From: Octopus sinensis
Lineage: Eukaryota
Direction of reading: 5' to 3'
Length of the DNA: 64,000 bases
Assembly (NCBI RefSeq): GCF_006345805.1
Contig: NC_043020.1
Location: 18,042,001 to 18,106,000 of the forward strand
The notes beneath the pieces were generated by a model. The model did no database searches and was not told the origin of the DNA. It saw nothing but the letters and a program-made list of their open reading frames with translations. How positions within the stretch are numbered: the first letter of the stretch is position 1; each line of letters starts with the position of its first letter. The position numbers were made by a program, and so were the translations under genes. Positions 49,175-63,844 of this stretch are shown piece after piece.

Positions 49175-51425
49175 CTAAAAATGGAAAGAAATATCAATTA
49201 TATATACCATTAACCCTTTCGTTATTGTATTTCTGCTGAAATACACAACCTTTGTCTTGATTAATTTTAGAAATAATGAAGAATTTATTAAAATACCAAT
49301 CATTTTTTAAGCTGGCGTTTGAAACATAAACTTTGAAAGTTTTGAATTTAGATCACTTTAAAATTGAGAATTCACGTCATAAAACTAGGGTTGGTTTCAG
49401 GTGGCCTGGTATCAAAAGTCATTGTCAACAACATTCTTGTATAAGAATCATATACATACATTTATATATTTGTTGTGCAAGATTTTTTATGTGAAGTCGT
49501 GTGTTGAAACAGATATTGTTATATTTCAGAATGGTCATTTTGCCAGTTTAGCCAATAAAAACACACGCACTATATATTTGGTGTTATTTTGCTTCAGTGT
49601 TATTTATTTTTTACATTAATCTTTACATTAATATATATATACATATATTCAAACAAATAAAATATTTACACTTTATACTTGTACTGAGTCATTTCCTGGT
49701 TTTGTTACCCAGTACTAAAGCTTCTTACAAGCATACACATCAGTATGTGTGAGAGATCAACAGAAAGAGTGCAGCAAAATTGCTGGTGAGCATAGCAAAG
49801 CCAACGCTTTGGACAAAGTCCTTCTTCAGGGTAAAGTAGACAGGAGAGGAAATTATACAAAAATAAAAGACAGACAGTAAGGTTTTATATCCTCTGTGTC
49901 TGAGAAACTGGCAACTTATAAGGATTGCAAAACATGACCTTCATACACTCTATAAATATGTACATACATATATATGCTGTTCACTGGTCCATATTAGGAA
50001 AAACATCCAATTCTAAAAAAATCCAGACCAAAAATCATGCTAGACATAATGGAGTCAGCCAGTTTATTCTGTTGTTGTGTGTGTCAGATGATAGACAGTC
50101 ACAGTGGATAACAAAACAAAAGGCTACACAACATGTGGTCAAGGGAAGGACTGTGGCAGGTGCGAAAGTGAGACTCATAGCAGAGCAGTTTAGATGTTGA
50201 AACTCATCCTACTCATGCCAGCATGGAAAAACAAATGTAAAATGATGATGATGAAGATGATATGCATGTAACAAGTGTAGATATTGTAAAATAAAAACTA
50301 ATTCTACCTCTGTACCTGTTAAAATTTATATATATATATATACATATATAAAACTGGATTAGCTTTACAGGTGTCCTAATCAAGATTTTCTAAGAAACAC
50401 AGAAAAAGTTTTATATGCTTCCACAAATCCTTTTAACCCTTCAGCATTTAAACTGGCCGTATCAGGCTCAAATATTCTACCCATTTTAAGTATTTCCAGC
50501 CAGATTCTAAAAATAAACAATCACATCTCTGCTTCTCTCTCTCTCTCTTTCTCTTTGTAGTTTCAAAGCTACAAGATAATGCATGAGTAATTAAAAACAA
50601 CGTGAATATATAAGCATCCCATTTGAGCAGGCTTAGTTTGCCAAATGATGAGAATAACTCAATTGGTGAGCTCCATCCAATAGCAATGATTACATGAATA
50701 TGGAGAATCTTGCCTTTCACAATATAGAAACATTTCTCATGGCACCAGCAGACAAAATGGAAAAATGTTGCCCTAAATGATAGCAAGGGAGATGAGCTAG
50801 AACTACCACTCTCGACTCACATGGCTTGCACTTGCAGACAGCAATTTCTGCCTCAATAGCAGTAAACAGGGATACGGTCTGGTGGAGTCAAGAACCCTGG
50901 AAGTCTCAACTGGCACCTTTGGAAATGAATAACCAAATTCTGAAAAGTAAAGCCTTTCAGTAGTGTGTGTGTACGTGTGTATGTATATATATATATATCA
51001 TCATCATCAAACGTCTGTCTTCTATGCAGGCATGAGTAGGATGGTTTGACAAGACTACACCAGGCTACTGTGTTTTGGCATGCTTTTTACAGCTGGATGC
51101 CCTTCCTAACACCAACCATTCTGCAGAGAGGACTCACTGCTTTTTATGTGGCACCAGCATAGGCAAGGTAAATTTTGGCATGCTTTTTACAGCTGGATGC
51201 CCTTCCAAATGCCAACCATTTCACAGTGTGGAGTGGATGCCTTTTACATGGTATCAGCACAGGCAGGGTCGCCAAGTAACTTGCAAGACAAGGAATTTTG
51301 AGAGAGGAGGGTCTTACTACAGAGGAAGTACATAGTTACTTGGGAGAGGGGCAGAGAGAGAAGCAGAGACAGAGGAAGAGAGAGGGAAAGAGATACCTGA
51401 TTAAAAAATAAATAAATTAACTTAC

Positions 51426-51566
51426 CAGTAAGTTGAGAAGAATTATCTTCTTGGAAACTCTGACTAGATTCCAATACTTGATTAACACATTCAACATTAA
51501 CAACAGCTGCAACTTCATCATTCATTTCATCCTCATCATACACAACAGTTTTCTGGGAATCATCAG
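51426..51566 (-). CDS. REV3L: REV3L-like exon, 141 nt, phase 1 to 1
   Basis: tattttcag|CT...ACT G|gtaagt; DDSQKTVVYDEDEMNDEVAAVVNVECVNQVLESSQSFQ resembles human EEALINEEAILNLMENSQTFQ. Confidence 0.88.
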
Positions 51567-51879
51567 CTGAAAATAATAAAAATAAAAATAAAATCCAACC
51601 ATTGCACACGGGAATATTTTTTGAAGTGGGGAAAAAAAAAAAATCAAATTAGCAGATATATTTATACGCACACACTTATATATATATATATATATTACAT
51701 ACACCAGAATAAGCACATAAATGCAAAGTAAAACAGAAAAATTAGTACTCGAATACCAGAGGTAGAGTAATATGCTTTATAAAAAAGCAGCAAAACTATC
51801 ACAAAATCTGTTACTCAGAGATTCACGTTTTCGTTCATCATAGGTTTGTTTAGAATGGAACTGTTCCATAAATAATAAA

Positions 51880-51880
<1 letters not shown>

Positions 51881-51960
<80 letters not shown>
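51881..51960. repeat. Compound (TA)n(GA)n microsatellite, representative of many in the window (e.g. (CT)n(AT)n near 26662-26728)
   Basis: Seen directly. Confidence 0.95.
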
Positions 51961-54900
51961 TTGTAGTTTCAAGAACACAAATGGTGCCATATACATTTTC
52001 TTCCCTTACATCCAGTAACTTAGCTGTTTGGCAAATAGAAAATGATACAATAAGCACCAAATTGAAATATGTGCTGAGGTTGATATGATCAACTATGCAG
52101 GAGAAGAAAAAAAAACCCCAGAAAACTCCCTAGACAGTGTTACAAGGATGACTGTAGTTTTAGGTATCACATCCATTGCTTCCCGATGTGACTCAGTCCT
52201 ATGACTGAAACGGGTGATAATAGAAATAGGTGGAGATGAATGTTTCACTGTTTACTTATTGATTTATTGATTGGTAAAAAAACGATCAGTCGCTCAGGGT
52301 TAACATAATTATTATGTAACTGAAATAGAAATCCAGCTTTTGAAATGCATCTTTGGTTTGTGCGAAGAATATGAGATTGCCATAAAAGATAAGGATGGAC
52401 CATTTAGGAAATATGGTTGTTGTTGCTTAGCCCTGACTGTCTCCAGTCAAGCAGATCAATGATCAAAAGCATTCCAGTCACGACTCTCTATTTTCAAGCA
52501 GTATTTCTAAGACTTCACTATCACATGTATCCTTTAATTTTTAAGATGATTGATTTGATTTAGCTACTCTTTCTAGCAGATTCAGCCACTGCTTCAGGAA
52601 ATATGATAAGTTTGGGTTCTGAGTGATGATCATGAGTAAAATGGATGTAGTAACAGTACAGGTTTAATCTTTTACCATTTAAACTGGCCATATATGGCCA
52701 AAATATTCTACCTGCTTTATGTTGAAACTGGTCAGGTCTAGCCTCTCACACCAACACTACAATATCATTCTAAAAATTTAATAGCTACCTCATCAAAATT
52801 ACAAAGCTACAAGACAATGCATGATTAATTCAAATGGGTTAATTAGTATTGGGTCTGTAGTTTAACCTTTTATCATTTAAACCGGCTCTATCTGGCTCAA
52901 ATATTCTACTGGTTTTATGTTAACACAGGCCACATCTGGCCTTTCACATCTACCCGACAATATTATTCCAAAATTAAAGGAACCACATCATCAAAATCTC
53001 AAAGCTACAATGTATTGCATGATTAATTCAAAACTGTGAATAAATAAGCACTACATTTGACAAAAGAAATATGAATGCTAATGCAACAGAATGTGGTTGA
53101 AGGTTTCCTAAGCATCTGTTCAATTATGCAGTACAGGGGTATGAAATGTTTCGGCACAGCCATTCTGGCACCACTAATTCAAAACCAACTTGTTTGACAT
53201 CAGAACTTTTAATGTTTCCTTCATTCTCAACTCCCCTCTCTGTTTATTTGTGTGAGAAGAGGGAACATGTTCATGTCAATAATGTTTGATTAATAAATTG
53301 TGATGTCTTTCTCTTGCTCCCCCTCTCTCTGTATTATTTTAATCTTTTACATGTTTCAGCCATTACACTGCAGCCATGCTGGGGCACCACCTTCAAGAAT
53401 TTTCAGGCAGACAAATCAACTCTAGGACTTATTTTTTAAAGCCTGGTACTTAATGTATCACTCTCTTTAGCTGAACTGCTAAGTTACAGAGACATAACAA
53501 ACCAGCACCAGTTTTCAAGTGGTGGTAAGGGACGTTTAGAGACCCCCCCCTTTGGTCATGACTGACCATTGGATTGCACCTAGAAACTTACCCTCCAAGG
53601 CACAAGTCCTGGCAAGGTCGTTTATGGAAGACCAGCAGTCGCCCATGCATACCAGCCTCCCTCTCCACACCACCAGTGTTATCCAAGGGAAAGGCAAAGG
53701 CTAAAACAACTTGGCACCTGTGATGTCGTGAGTGAACTGGAGCAACATGAAAAAATAAAATGTCTTGCTGAAGAACAAAACACACAGCCTGGTTTGGAAA
53801 TTAAACTCACAACCTCACGATTGTAAGCTCGATGCTCTAACCATGATGGGCTTCCTTCAGTTTCTGTCAAGCAAATCCACTTGACCAAAGCGCCATGCAA
53901 TGGAATTGTATGCTGAACCATGTGGTTAGGAAACAAGCTTCACACCACACATGTTTGTGTATGTATTTCTCTCCTGTGTCAAATTGACAGCATCCAAACA
54001 GTCACACTCAATCACATCATTCAAGCAGTTATAGACACGACAACAAGTGCAGGTGTCACAGATAGAAAAAGAGCTGTATGCTGAAATGAATGAATGTAGA
54101 CTGGTTGCCATCACACAAGTGATGTGATGTGATGTATTGTGAGTGCACATGAATTATGTGCATGAGGGAAGAGGACATGCGTGTTGTTAGTTGACCATCA
54201 TTAAAAGTAAATTGCTAATGTAGTGGACGATGAAAGTCAGTATGATAGCTAGCTACTGACATGTACGCATGAGCGGAAGAGATATTAATAAGATCATCAT
54301 TAACTTATAATGAAACTAAATGTGAGAATGCCTTTAGTTTAAGTAGTAAGTTTGTAAAAAAATTCTGGCATTCCTTTGCTTATGATGACAAGGGTTCTGG
54401 CTGATCCGATCAATGGAACAGCCCACTTGTAAAATTAACGTGCAAGTGTCTACCTTTAAAGTAGTTCTCAAGGAGATTCAGTATCACACTGAGTGCTACA
54501 AGGCTGGCCCTTTGAAATATAGGTACTACACATTTTCAACAGCCGAGTGGACTAGAACAACATAAAGCAAAGTGACTTGCTCAAGGACAGAATGCAATGC
54601 CGGGAATCAAAATCACGACTATACGATCATGAGCCTAATACCCCAACCATTAAGCTGTGCTCCACATTCTTGGTAAAGGTATTGTTGATGCTAATGGCAA
54701 TAATTTTGCCCTCAAAGTTTCAAAGATATAAATGATTACAGGTGTTGGTTCAGAAAAAAATTTCTAATGGATATTACATTTTCAGAACATGTTCTGATCA
54801 TAACTGATGAGAACATTAAAACGGTGTGATAGGTTTCTGCATGGTATTTATTATCATCATAAGGGCACAGGTGTGGTTGTGTGGTTAAGAACTTTGTTTC

Positions 54901-55639
54901 CCAACTACATGGTTTTCGGTTCAGTCCCACAGTGAGGCACCCTGAACAAGTGTCTTCTACTATACCTTCCGGCTAACCAAAACCTTGTGAGTGAATATGG
55001 TAGATGGAAACTGAAAGAAGCCAATTATGTGTGTGGAGAGGGGGGGCATGTGGTAAGAAGCTTGCTTCCCAACAACGTTTTCAGGTTCAGTCCCACAGTA
55101 TGGCATTGTGGGCAGGTATTTTCTACTACAGCCTCGGGCTGACCAAAGACTTGTGAGTGGATTTGGTAGACAGGAAACTGAAAGAAACTCATATGTGTGT
55201 GTGTGTGTGTGGGCCTTCGTGTCTCTGTTTGCCCACCACCAACACTTAACAATAGGTGTTGGTTTATTTACATCATTGTAACTTAGCACTTGAGCAAAAT
55301 GAGACTGATAGAATAAGTACAGGGCTTAAAAAACCCCCAGAAAAACAGTCAAGTACTGAGGATGATTCATTCAATTAAAAGTTTTTCAAGGTGGGGCCCC
55401 AGCATGGCTGCAGTTGGATGACTGAAACATGTAAAAGATAATATGTATAGAGAAGGAATGGATGTGGTCGAGATGCAACATTCTGATAAGAAATGAATTG
55501 TGTGTTAAGACAAACTGCCAGAGAATGCAAGCTGAATCAAGTACCTTGTACTTCCAAATAGTTATCAACTAGCTTTGAAGTGGACATGGTATCTATTTGT
55601 GTTTCATTTCAGTAAGATTTTACATAATACTGGTATTAA

Positions 55640-55860
55640 CCCTTTCATTACCAATCTGACTGAAACCACCTCTGATTCTGAGTACAAATGTCTTGTTTTC
55701 ATAAGTTCTGAAATAAAATCTTCCACCAAACCTTAGTCACAATTTATGTTCCTAACACTAACTGAATGATAACCAAGTTATTTTACTAAATTCTTTGTTA
55801 TATTTCAAATTAATTGAAAAAAACACAGAGCATCTCAAAATAAATACGGTAACAAAAGGG
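55640..55860. mobile_element. piggyBac-type MITE, same family as 28392 in the opposite orientation
   Basis: TTAA|CCCTTTCATTACC...GGTAACAAAAGGG|TTAA. Confidence 0.8.
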
Positions 55861-55975
55861 TTAAAGTTGGAACTGCTCACCATTCTACCAAACGTGTAGC
55901 TCACAAAACTGTCAATAAAACTAAGTAATTCTTGCAAAGAAGAAAATAATGGTTGAAAAGAAAACAAAAACTTAC

Positions 55976-56070
55976 TGTCATCAGTGAAAGAATGAGACTC
56001 CACAAGAGAAGCTGGATACACAGAGTCTAGACTAGATTTGGCTCCATCCTGAGAATGTGTCGTCTGTTGA
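55976..56070 (-). CDS. REV3L: REV3L-like exon, 95 nt, phase 2 to 1
   Basis: ttattcccgcag|T...GAC A|gtaagt; QQTTHSQDGAKSSLDSVYPASLVESHSFTDD; supported by strong splice sites and phase fit, with little recognisable homology. Confidence 0.75.
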
Positions 56071-56933
56071 CTGCGGGAATAAAACAGAAATACATATAAA
56101 TAAATAAATAGAACAACACTGATGGAAAAAATTACTGTGTATATAGGCACATGCATGGCTGTGTGGTAAGAAGCTTGCTTCTCAACCACATGGTTCTGGG
56201 TTCAGTCCACCATGTGGTACATTAGGCAGGTGTCTTCTACTATAGCTTAAGGTTAACCAAAGCCTTTAACAGATTTGGTAGATGGAAACTGGAAGAAACC
56301 CATTGTTTGTCCCCACTATTGCTTGATAAACGTTATTGGTATGTTTACATCCCTGTAACTTGGTGGTTTGGCAAAAGAGACTGATATAATAAGTACCAGA
56401 TTTAAGTAAGTACTGGGGCTGATTCATTTGATTACAAAAAAAAAATTCCAGGTGGTGCCCCAGTATGGCCACAGCTTAACGACTGAAACAAGTAAAGTGT
56501 AAATGGTAAAAGGTATACGCTTAAATAAGCAGACATTGATGCTGCAGGGGGTAAGAAGTTTGCTTCACAACCACACAATTTTCAGTTCAATCCCATTGCC
56601 CGGCACCCTGGGCAGCTATCTTCCATTGCCTTGTGTTAGCCAAAATCACGAGTTAAAATTTGATTGGTGAAATTTGAAGCCAGTCTGAAGGGCTGTTCCT
56701 GAGAAGTAAATATAATCAGCCACTTGGCTTGACACCACCATCTGGTCCCTGGGTGCCTTTTGCAAAGACCCCTCCACTGAGAACATTCAGACCACTCTCT
56801 GATCTTTTATTTGTTTCAATCATTAGACTGCAGCCATACTGGGGTACTGCCTCAAAGTTTTCATCAAATAAATCGGCCCCAGGACTTATTTTTTAAGCCT
56901 CTTTGGCCGAACTGCTAAGGTATGGAGACACAA

Positions 56934-56970
<37 letters not shown>

Positions 56971-57266
56971 CAATGGTCTTCTTTCAGTTTCTGTCAACCA
57001 AATCCACTTATGAGGTTTTAGTCAGCCGAAGGCTATAGAAGACACTTGCCCAAGGTGGCATGCAATGAGAGTGAACCTGGAACCATGTAGTTGGGAAGCA
57101 AGCTCCTTACCACACAGCCATATCTGCATTTAAGGATAACTCTCATCTTCCCAGCAAATTGTTTCAGAAGCCCTAAAAAAAGGGTCATAGGTACAGCCTT
57201 TCCACCTCTGATTAAGTCAGGATGTACAATTAAACGAGCAGGATGTATAGCGACAAACAAACTTAC

Positions 57267-57351
57267 CCATACATTTGATGGAATTGTATAATTTTCTGTA
57301 AACGGTTCTTGAGTGTTTCTTCACTAGGTGAGGAGATGAGATTTTCCCTTT
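57267..57351 (-). CDS. REV3L: REV3L-like exon, 85 nt, phase 1 to 2
   Basis: tttgacag|AA...TAT GG|gtaagt; ERENLISSPSEETLKNRLQKIIQFHQMY resembles human ESEKKFQKRLQEIL. Confidence 0.9.
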
Positions 57352-58247
57352 CTGTCAAAAAAATAAATAAATAAATAAAAATAAAAAACCATGAATTATT
57401 AATGTATGAATAAATGACTAATTCAGTGACATAATTATCTAATATGCACACACTCATTGAATAAATAAAGGTAGGATTTTATGTTATTTATAGTAAAGCT
57501 ATAAACACTGTCTGTCTTTGTATGATACTATCTGAGCAAAATAGTGTTATGCTGTTTCATGCTTCAGTCCAACCCCTGCCAGCACGGGAACAGGAAAAAA
57601 AAAAAAAAAAACGACAGGTGTAAGCGTGGCTGTGTGGTAAGAAGTTTGCTTCTCAACCACATGGTTCCAGGTTCACTTACACAAGATGGCATCTTAGGCA
57701 AGTGTCTTCTACTATAACCATGAGCTGACAAAAGCCTTGCGAGTGGATCTGATAAGCAGAAACTGAAAGAAGCCCATTGTGTGTGTATGTGTTTGTCTCC
57801 CACTGCTGCTTGACAACCAATGTTTGTTTGTTTACATCCCCATAACTAAGCAGTTCAGGAAAAAGACTCTGATAGAATAAGTACCAGGCTTTAAAATCAG
57901 TACTTGAGTTGATTCCTATTGAAGGCAAGACCCAGCTCCCTAATGACTAAAACAAGTAAAAGCTAAAAGATAAACAAACATATAGTGAAGGGACTGAAGA
58001 AATTCTAGTGAATACCTCAGTCAGCACTTCATTGCAATAGAACTTGAGGATCTGAAGAGAATGGTGGAGGGGTTAACTCTTCCATTAATTAACTGATTTT
58101 GCATTGAAGCCATTCTATAGCAAGGAAACAATTCTTACGGCCACTTGAAATGTTTGTAACATTGAATAAAGTTACGTAAAAATATAATTCTCCATTCTTT
58201 GTTTGCTTATAAATCTGTTAATTCAACAGGAGTGATAAATTCGTCAT

Positions 58248-58790
58248 CGGTTCTTAGCCCTCTCTTGTTTATCTTAGACCACCAAACCACAACAGAGAAA
58301 CTTTAAAGACTGGCTACCGTTGGGAGCTCCTCTATGCTGCTGACCTTGTTATAGATGGATCACTACCTGAACTAGGGAGGAAATTTCAGGTGTGGAAGCA
58401 AGGTCCAGAATTTAGGGCCATAGGTTAATTTAGTGAAGACTAAAGTAGGAAAACTGACAAATCTCAACTGTTTTCAGGAGATGACCTTGTTCAGTATGTA
58501 GAATAAGTGTTGGTAGAAACTCTATACACTGTACCCAGTACAAGCTATGGACACATAAGAGATGCAGTGATGTCATAGGAAAGTTGACAGAGTTTCTGTG
58601 TGTAGCAGATGTGTAGGTAGAATAAACACTGAGAATGTATAATGAATAGACTTTCCCAAATGTCCAGTGGAGATCCAACAGGTAGTAGACAGCTTCTGTT
58701 ACCAAGGTAACCAAATTAGCAATGAAGGAAGTTCTGTGAGTATAGCTGCTAGAATAAGAAAAGGCTGGGCTAAGTTCAGAGAGCCACAAC
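58248..58790 (+). pseudogene. Degenerate RTE-clade LINE reverse transcriptase fragment
   Basis: Frameshifted pieces SVLSPLLFI, WELLYAADLV (YADD decayed), CSVCRISVGRNSIHCTQYKLWTHKRCS and VVDSFCYQGNQIS...IAARIRKGWAKFRE. Confidence 0.85.
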
Positions 58791-59514
58791 CATGTAAAAG
58801 CACCCGTATTGGTGCTACATAAAAATGCTCATTATAAGCTATAATGAACCTAAAAGCTGATGACAATGTTGATGTATATTAGTTTTATAAAATCTCTGCA
58901 TTCTCTATGAGTGGTCATTGTAACCATTTGACATTAACCTAGTTTTCCTAATGCCAAATCTGTTTACCAAATAGTAGTAATTGGCATTGTAGTGTGACAA
59001 TCCTTTTCTCTACATTAATTTTTTTATATGGAACTCTGACATCTCTTTCACCCCTATTTCTATATATAGAAAATCTTTGTTGTCTCCTTTCATTTGTCCT
59101 TTCCTCTCAGAACCTTACAGAAGTTAGGAGCAACTGAATTTTAGTCAGTCAGTTGATAAGCTCCACAACCTCAAATGTTCTTAAAATTTAAATCCACATC
59201 TTTGTCTATATATCTACCTTCTCTATAATGTTACCACTTGATATGAAAATTACGTATTAATGGAAAACCTCTATTAATGGCTGATGAATGCTCAGCATTT
59301 TAAAACTGTTGTAATACTTACAACATTTAATAAAATGATGTAGTGCGAAACGATCATACCAAATTACCGGAGTTATCCTTGTTGCTTATTTTGATTATAA
59401 TCACCCCATGGATTTATATGGATAACACCATACAGAATTCTGGTGCATCTAACTTAAGTACCATATTCATTTGAATCTAAATTTTGCTGAACTATATATA
59501 TGTATGTGTATGTA

Positions 59515-59551
<37 letters not shown>

Positions 59552-59557
<6 letters not shown>

Positions 59558-59754
59558 CAAAATGCGACAAGAACGCAAAACATCCAGACAACTAGGTGAT
59601 ACAAAAAGGGACAACAAAACATCCAGATAGATGATACAAAGAAAACAAGGACAGGTTCGTCTTTCTTTGTATCGTCTATCTGGACGTTTTGTTGTCCCTT
59701 TTTGTATCACCTAGTTGTCTGGATGCTTTGTGTTCTTGTCTAATTTTGTATTTT
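59552..59754. repeat. Foldback palindrome between (TA)n tracts
   Basis: catccagacaactaggtgatacaaaaagggacaacaaaac / gttttgttgtccctttttgtatcacctagttgtctggatg. Confidence 0.9.
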
Positions 59755-59757
59755 TTT

Positions 59758-59810
<53 letters not shown>

Positions 59811-60034
59811 TTTATTATATGTACAACCTCAATTTTTATTCCATTCTTCATCACAACTGCCCAATGAATGGGAACATGAAGCTTTGAGTAGCAGTTTTTT
59901 GTGGTGTTCTTGCAGCTTTAACAATCTCCAGTATTCGAGTACTATTTTTTTTGCACCTTGTTTCACATTTACATGCTTACTCGGGTATGCATGTATGTAT
60001 ATATATATATATTCAACTTCTTTCTGTTTCTTAC

Positions 60035-60139
60035 CTTGGGACTGACTTAGCCCACACTGAGAAGATAAACCTTTCAGTCGCCGTCGCTCTTTTTCATCGT
60101 TCCACAGCGCAGTTAAACCTGGATTAACACCAATGTTAT
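60035..60139 (-). CDS. REV3L: REV3L-like exon, 105 nt, phase 1 to 1 (not in the ORF track)
   Basis: tttcag|AT...CAA G|gtaag; NIGVNPGLTALWNDEKERRRLKGLSSQCGLSQSQ matches human IGGNPGLQAIWEDEKQRRR. Confidence 0.95.
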
Positions 60140-60721
60140 CTGAAATATATATTTCAATATATGAATAAATAAATAAATTTAAAAAATACCAATTCCCAAC
60201 CTTTCCCTCATTGTTATGTAATTAACACTAAACAATCTATTCGTTATAATCCTAATAACAGTACACATGTAATCAGCCCTAAACAGTGATGAAAGATATT
60301 GCTTGGCCCCAGGTCAACAATAATCCAGCAGACATTTCAGCTTAACCCTTTAGCATTCAGTTTACTTTGTCAAATGTAATCCTTATTTATTCACATTGCT
60401 TTGAATTAATCATGCAATAATTATCTAACTTCAAGATATCAAAAAACAAACAAACAAAAAAAAACATCTGATTAATTTTTCAGATGAAACCAACAAAGGA
60501 ACATCTATGAAGTTGCTACAGCAGGCTAGAAATAGCAGCTGAATCTCTCTCAAATTATACTGAGCAGTCTTATTGGATAAATATTGTTCTAAATCATGTC
60601 TTAAAAATATAAGACAGGATGGCCATGGTTGAAACAGCTTTGATCATATGCTTGCTTGATCAACAGAGACCAACAATATTTCCAGATAAGTAGTAGTAAA
60701 CTGCAAACTGATCTGACTTAC

Positions 60722-60819
60722 CATTAACATCAAGTCTATTCAATATATCAGCAGCTACGATATCCACCTCTAGTTCACAAGTACTCATTCTCTCAATATC
60801 TTCATCTAATAACATTTCA
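60722..60819 (-). CDS. REV3L: REV3L-like exon, 98 nt, phase 2 to 1
   Basis: ttccag|T...AAT G|gtaagt; EMLLDEDIERMSTCELEVDIVAADILNRLDVN matches human STCELEVDAVAADILNRLDIE. Confidence 0.95.
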
Positions 60820-61325
60820 CTGGAAAATAACAAAGGGCAGTTCATGAAGGAAAAAAAAGGGTTAATAATTCAATAAGTACAAAATACATAAATCACAAGA
60901 GCATAACAATTTTACCGTTTTAGTATTAGCTTTCTTTTTATTTAGTGAGTAAAAAAAAAATTATGGAAAGTAATAATTAAAAACATTACCATACCAATAA
61001 TACGATAAAGAGGGGGAAAATACCCATGTAATATTAGGTATGATTTTAAACTATATTAGGTAGTGTGGCCCTGGTTTAGGAGATCCAGTGTTTGAGGAGT
61101 GTGGAACCACATATTTGCTACTATTGATCCCAGTTCTGTTCTCACCTGCAGTAGTAGTACTTGTCAGGATCCCAGCTATGGTTTCAATAGCATGTAACCA
61201 GCTAAGTCAAGGTACACTGAAATCATAGGATGCAGCATGGGGGACCTGAACAATTTCAACAGATGAACTTATTGAATACTGGCAAATATCATTTTGATAC
61301 TGAGCAGATGAACAGTAGATGAATA

Positions 61326-61672
61326 GGCGTAGGAGTGGCTGTGCGGTAAGTAGCTTACTTACCAACCACATGGTTCTGGGTTCAGTCCCACTGTGTGGCA
61401 CCTTGGGCAAAGCCTTGTGAGTGGATTTGGTAGACGGAAACTAAAAGAAGCCCGTCGTATATATGTGTGTGTGTGTTTGTCCCCCACCAACATCACTTGA
61501 CAACCAATGCTGGTGTGTTTACGTCCCCATAAGTTAGCAGTTCAGCAAAAGAGACCGATAGAATAAGTACTAGGCTTACAAAGAATAAGTCCTGGGGTCA
61601 ATTTGCTTGACTAAAGGCGGTGTTCCAGTATGGCCACAGTCAAATGACTGAAACAAGTAAGAAAGAGTAAAG
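61326..61672 (+). mobile_element. SINE family A, near full-length copy
   Basis: Same head, body and tail as the 2577-2958 copy. Confidence 0.85.
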
Positions 61673-62422
61673 AGAGAAAACGAGCTGTCAATGGCCAGCA
61701 CTGAGTTCTGTCAGCAGACAGCTGTTACCATCTGTAGTTATGGCATGTGCAGATGAGATGAACTTTTACTCTGCCAGTTGTGACAATGAGTGTTTCAGTT
61801 GATCCATGAAATTAATGTGGAAGTGGCTGAACACTCCACAGACACACATACCCTTAATGTGGTTCTCAGGGAGACTCAGCATGACACACCAAACGCGACA
61901 ATGCACAATTCATTTTTGTCAGATGAGTGGACTGGAGCAACGTGAAGTAAAGTGTCTTGCTCAAGGACACACAACATGCCGCCAGGGATCAAACTCACAA
62001 TCTTACAATCGTGAGTTGAGCACCCTAATCACTAAGCCATGCACCCTTAAATGACTAACTCATCGTTTGGCTATATACTTCCCCTCCTGCCCCTTCTGTC
62101 TCTCTCTCTCTCCTCCCTCTAAAAGCCACAACAGTTTCTGTTCCACCCAATATGCTGACTTCTGCTACCCTAATGTAAGCAGAAGACACCAATGCTCTTA
62201 CTGCACTATTATCATACTTCCTTATAAGCTATGAAAACAAAACCCAATAGCACAGAAAGAAGGTCCTTATGTAAAGCATGAGAGTAACAGGAGTTTAATA
62301 TGAGAATGAAACACAGATAGGAAGATAACAAGTGTATGTGGTGGTGGTGGGGGTAGATAAGGTTAATATGAAAGAGAATGAAAGGAAAGGACATAGACCA
62401 AAAAAAAAAAAAATCCATTTAC

Positions 62423-62561
62423 CTTGACACAGTTGAATCATTCCACCTGAAATGATTAATGTCATTGTTGAGCCAGGATTGAGAATTGGGTACATCAGGG
62501 GATTTCTGATCAGCAGATGGTGTTTTATTATGCTTATTGATCAATTCCACATTTGATTTGT
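62423..62561 (-). CDS. REV3L: REV3L-like exon, 139 nt, phase 1 to 2
   Basis: tttcag|AC...TCA AG|gtaaat; DKSNVEL...NHFRWNDSTVS resembles human LFRWEQDEIPS; phases fit both neighbours. Confidence 0.88.
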
Positions 62562-62921
62562 CTGAAAATATTGAAAGGACAAATAAAATAAGGAAAGAGG
62601 AAAAAAAAAACAAAAAAACAAAAAACACATTATGAACAAACTATATTGTAATCATAAACAAATACAACCATATTCCCAAAAGAGTTGATACTTATTTTTC
62701 AGTTTTCCCATTAATGTTTATTATTATTATTATTATTATTGTGATGAGCTGGCAGAATTGTTAGCATGCTGAGCAAAATACTTAGTGGTATTTCATGTCT
62801 TTACATTCTGAGTTCAAATTCTACTGTCTACTTTGCCTTTCATTATTTTGGGGGTCAGTGTCACTGAATTTGCCCCATCCACAAAATTTCAGGTCTTGTA
62901 CCTATAGTAGATAGGATAATA

Positions 62922-62962
<41 letters not shown>

Positions 62963-63844
62963 GGCAGTGAGATGGCAGAATCATTAGCACACTGGGCAAA
63001 ATGCTTAGTAACATTTCGTCCATCTTTATATTCTGAGTTCAAATATTGCCACAGTTGACTTTGTCTTTCATCCATTTGGGGTTGATAAAATACCAGTTGA
63101 ACACTGGGGTTGACATAATCAATTAGCTCCCTCCTACTAAATTGCAGGCCTTATGCCAAAATTTGAAACCATTATTATTATTGTTGTTCCTGTCGTCTTA
63201 CTGATATAGCATACATACATTGCACAACTGAGTTCTGTTGCCTAAATATTTTTCAATGATGCCAGCACTGGACTGGGATATATCTGCAACAGGATTTTAC
63301 AACTGGATGTTACTGCTGCTTCCAACTCTCACTTGTTTTTCAAGCAGGGGAGGGGGCCCATCACTGCTACCATCATCATCGTTTAATGTCCATTTTCCAT
63401 GCTAGCATGGGTTGGACAGTTTAGTTAGAGCTGGCAAGCAGTACCAGATTCCAGTCATGTTATGGCTTGGTTTTTACAGGCTGGATGCTCTTCCTAATGC
63501 CAACCACTTTATATGTAGTGTACTGGGTACCTTTTACATGACATCAGCACACATTTTCATAATTTGAGAAAATATTTCATTCTGTGTCTTTGACATGGTT
63601 TCAAGGATATTTAAATAACAGGAGTGCTAACAAATATTAAATATCAAATTACATGGTGCTAAATATTAAAGTTTTACTTATGAAATATTGTAAATATTGC
63701 ACTGAGAGCAATAATGCATGAAATAGAAGGCATCACTGGTAATTTCCAGTAACGGGTTGTGGTTAATGTGAGTTCAAAAGGTCCTGATGCTTTCCTGCAA
63801 TGTAAGTTTATACTCCGAAACCAGAACATGAAGTTTAAGCTTAC

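Noticed and set aside
59281-59330. Hammerhead-like CTGATGA-ATGC-tca-GCAT (similar relics near 47-54 minus, 5950 plus, 15225-15255 minus)
   Set aside because: GAAA is missing or mutated, so the motif is not functional as written.
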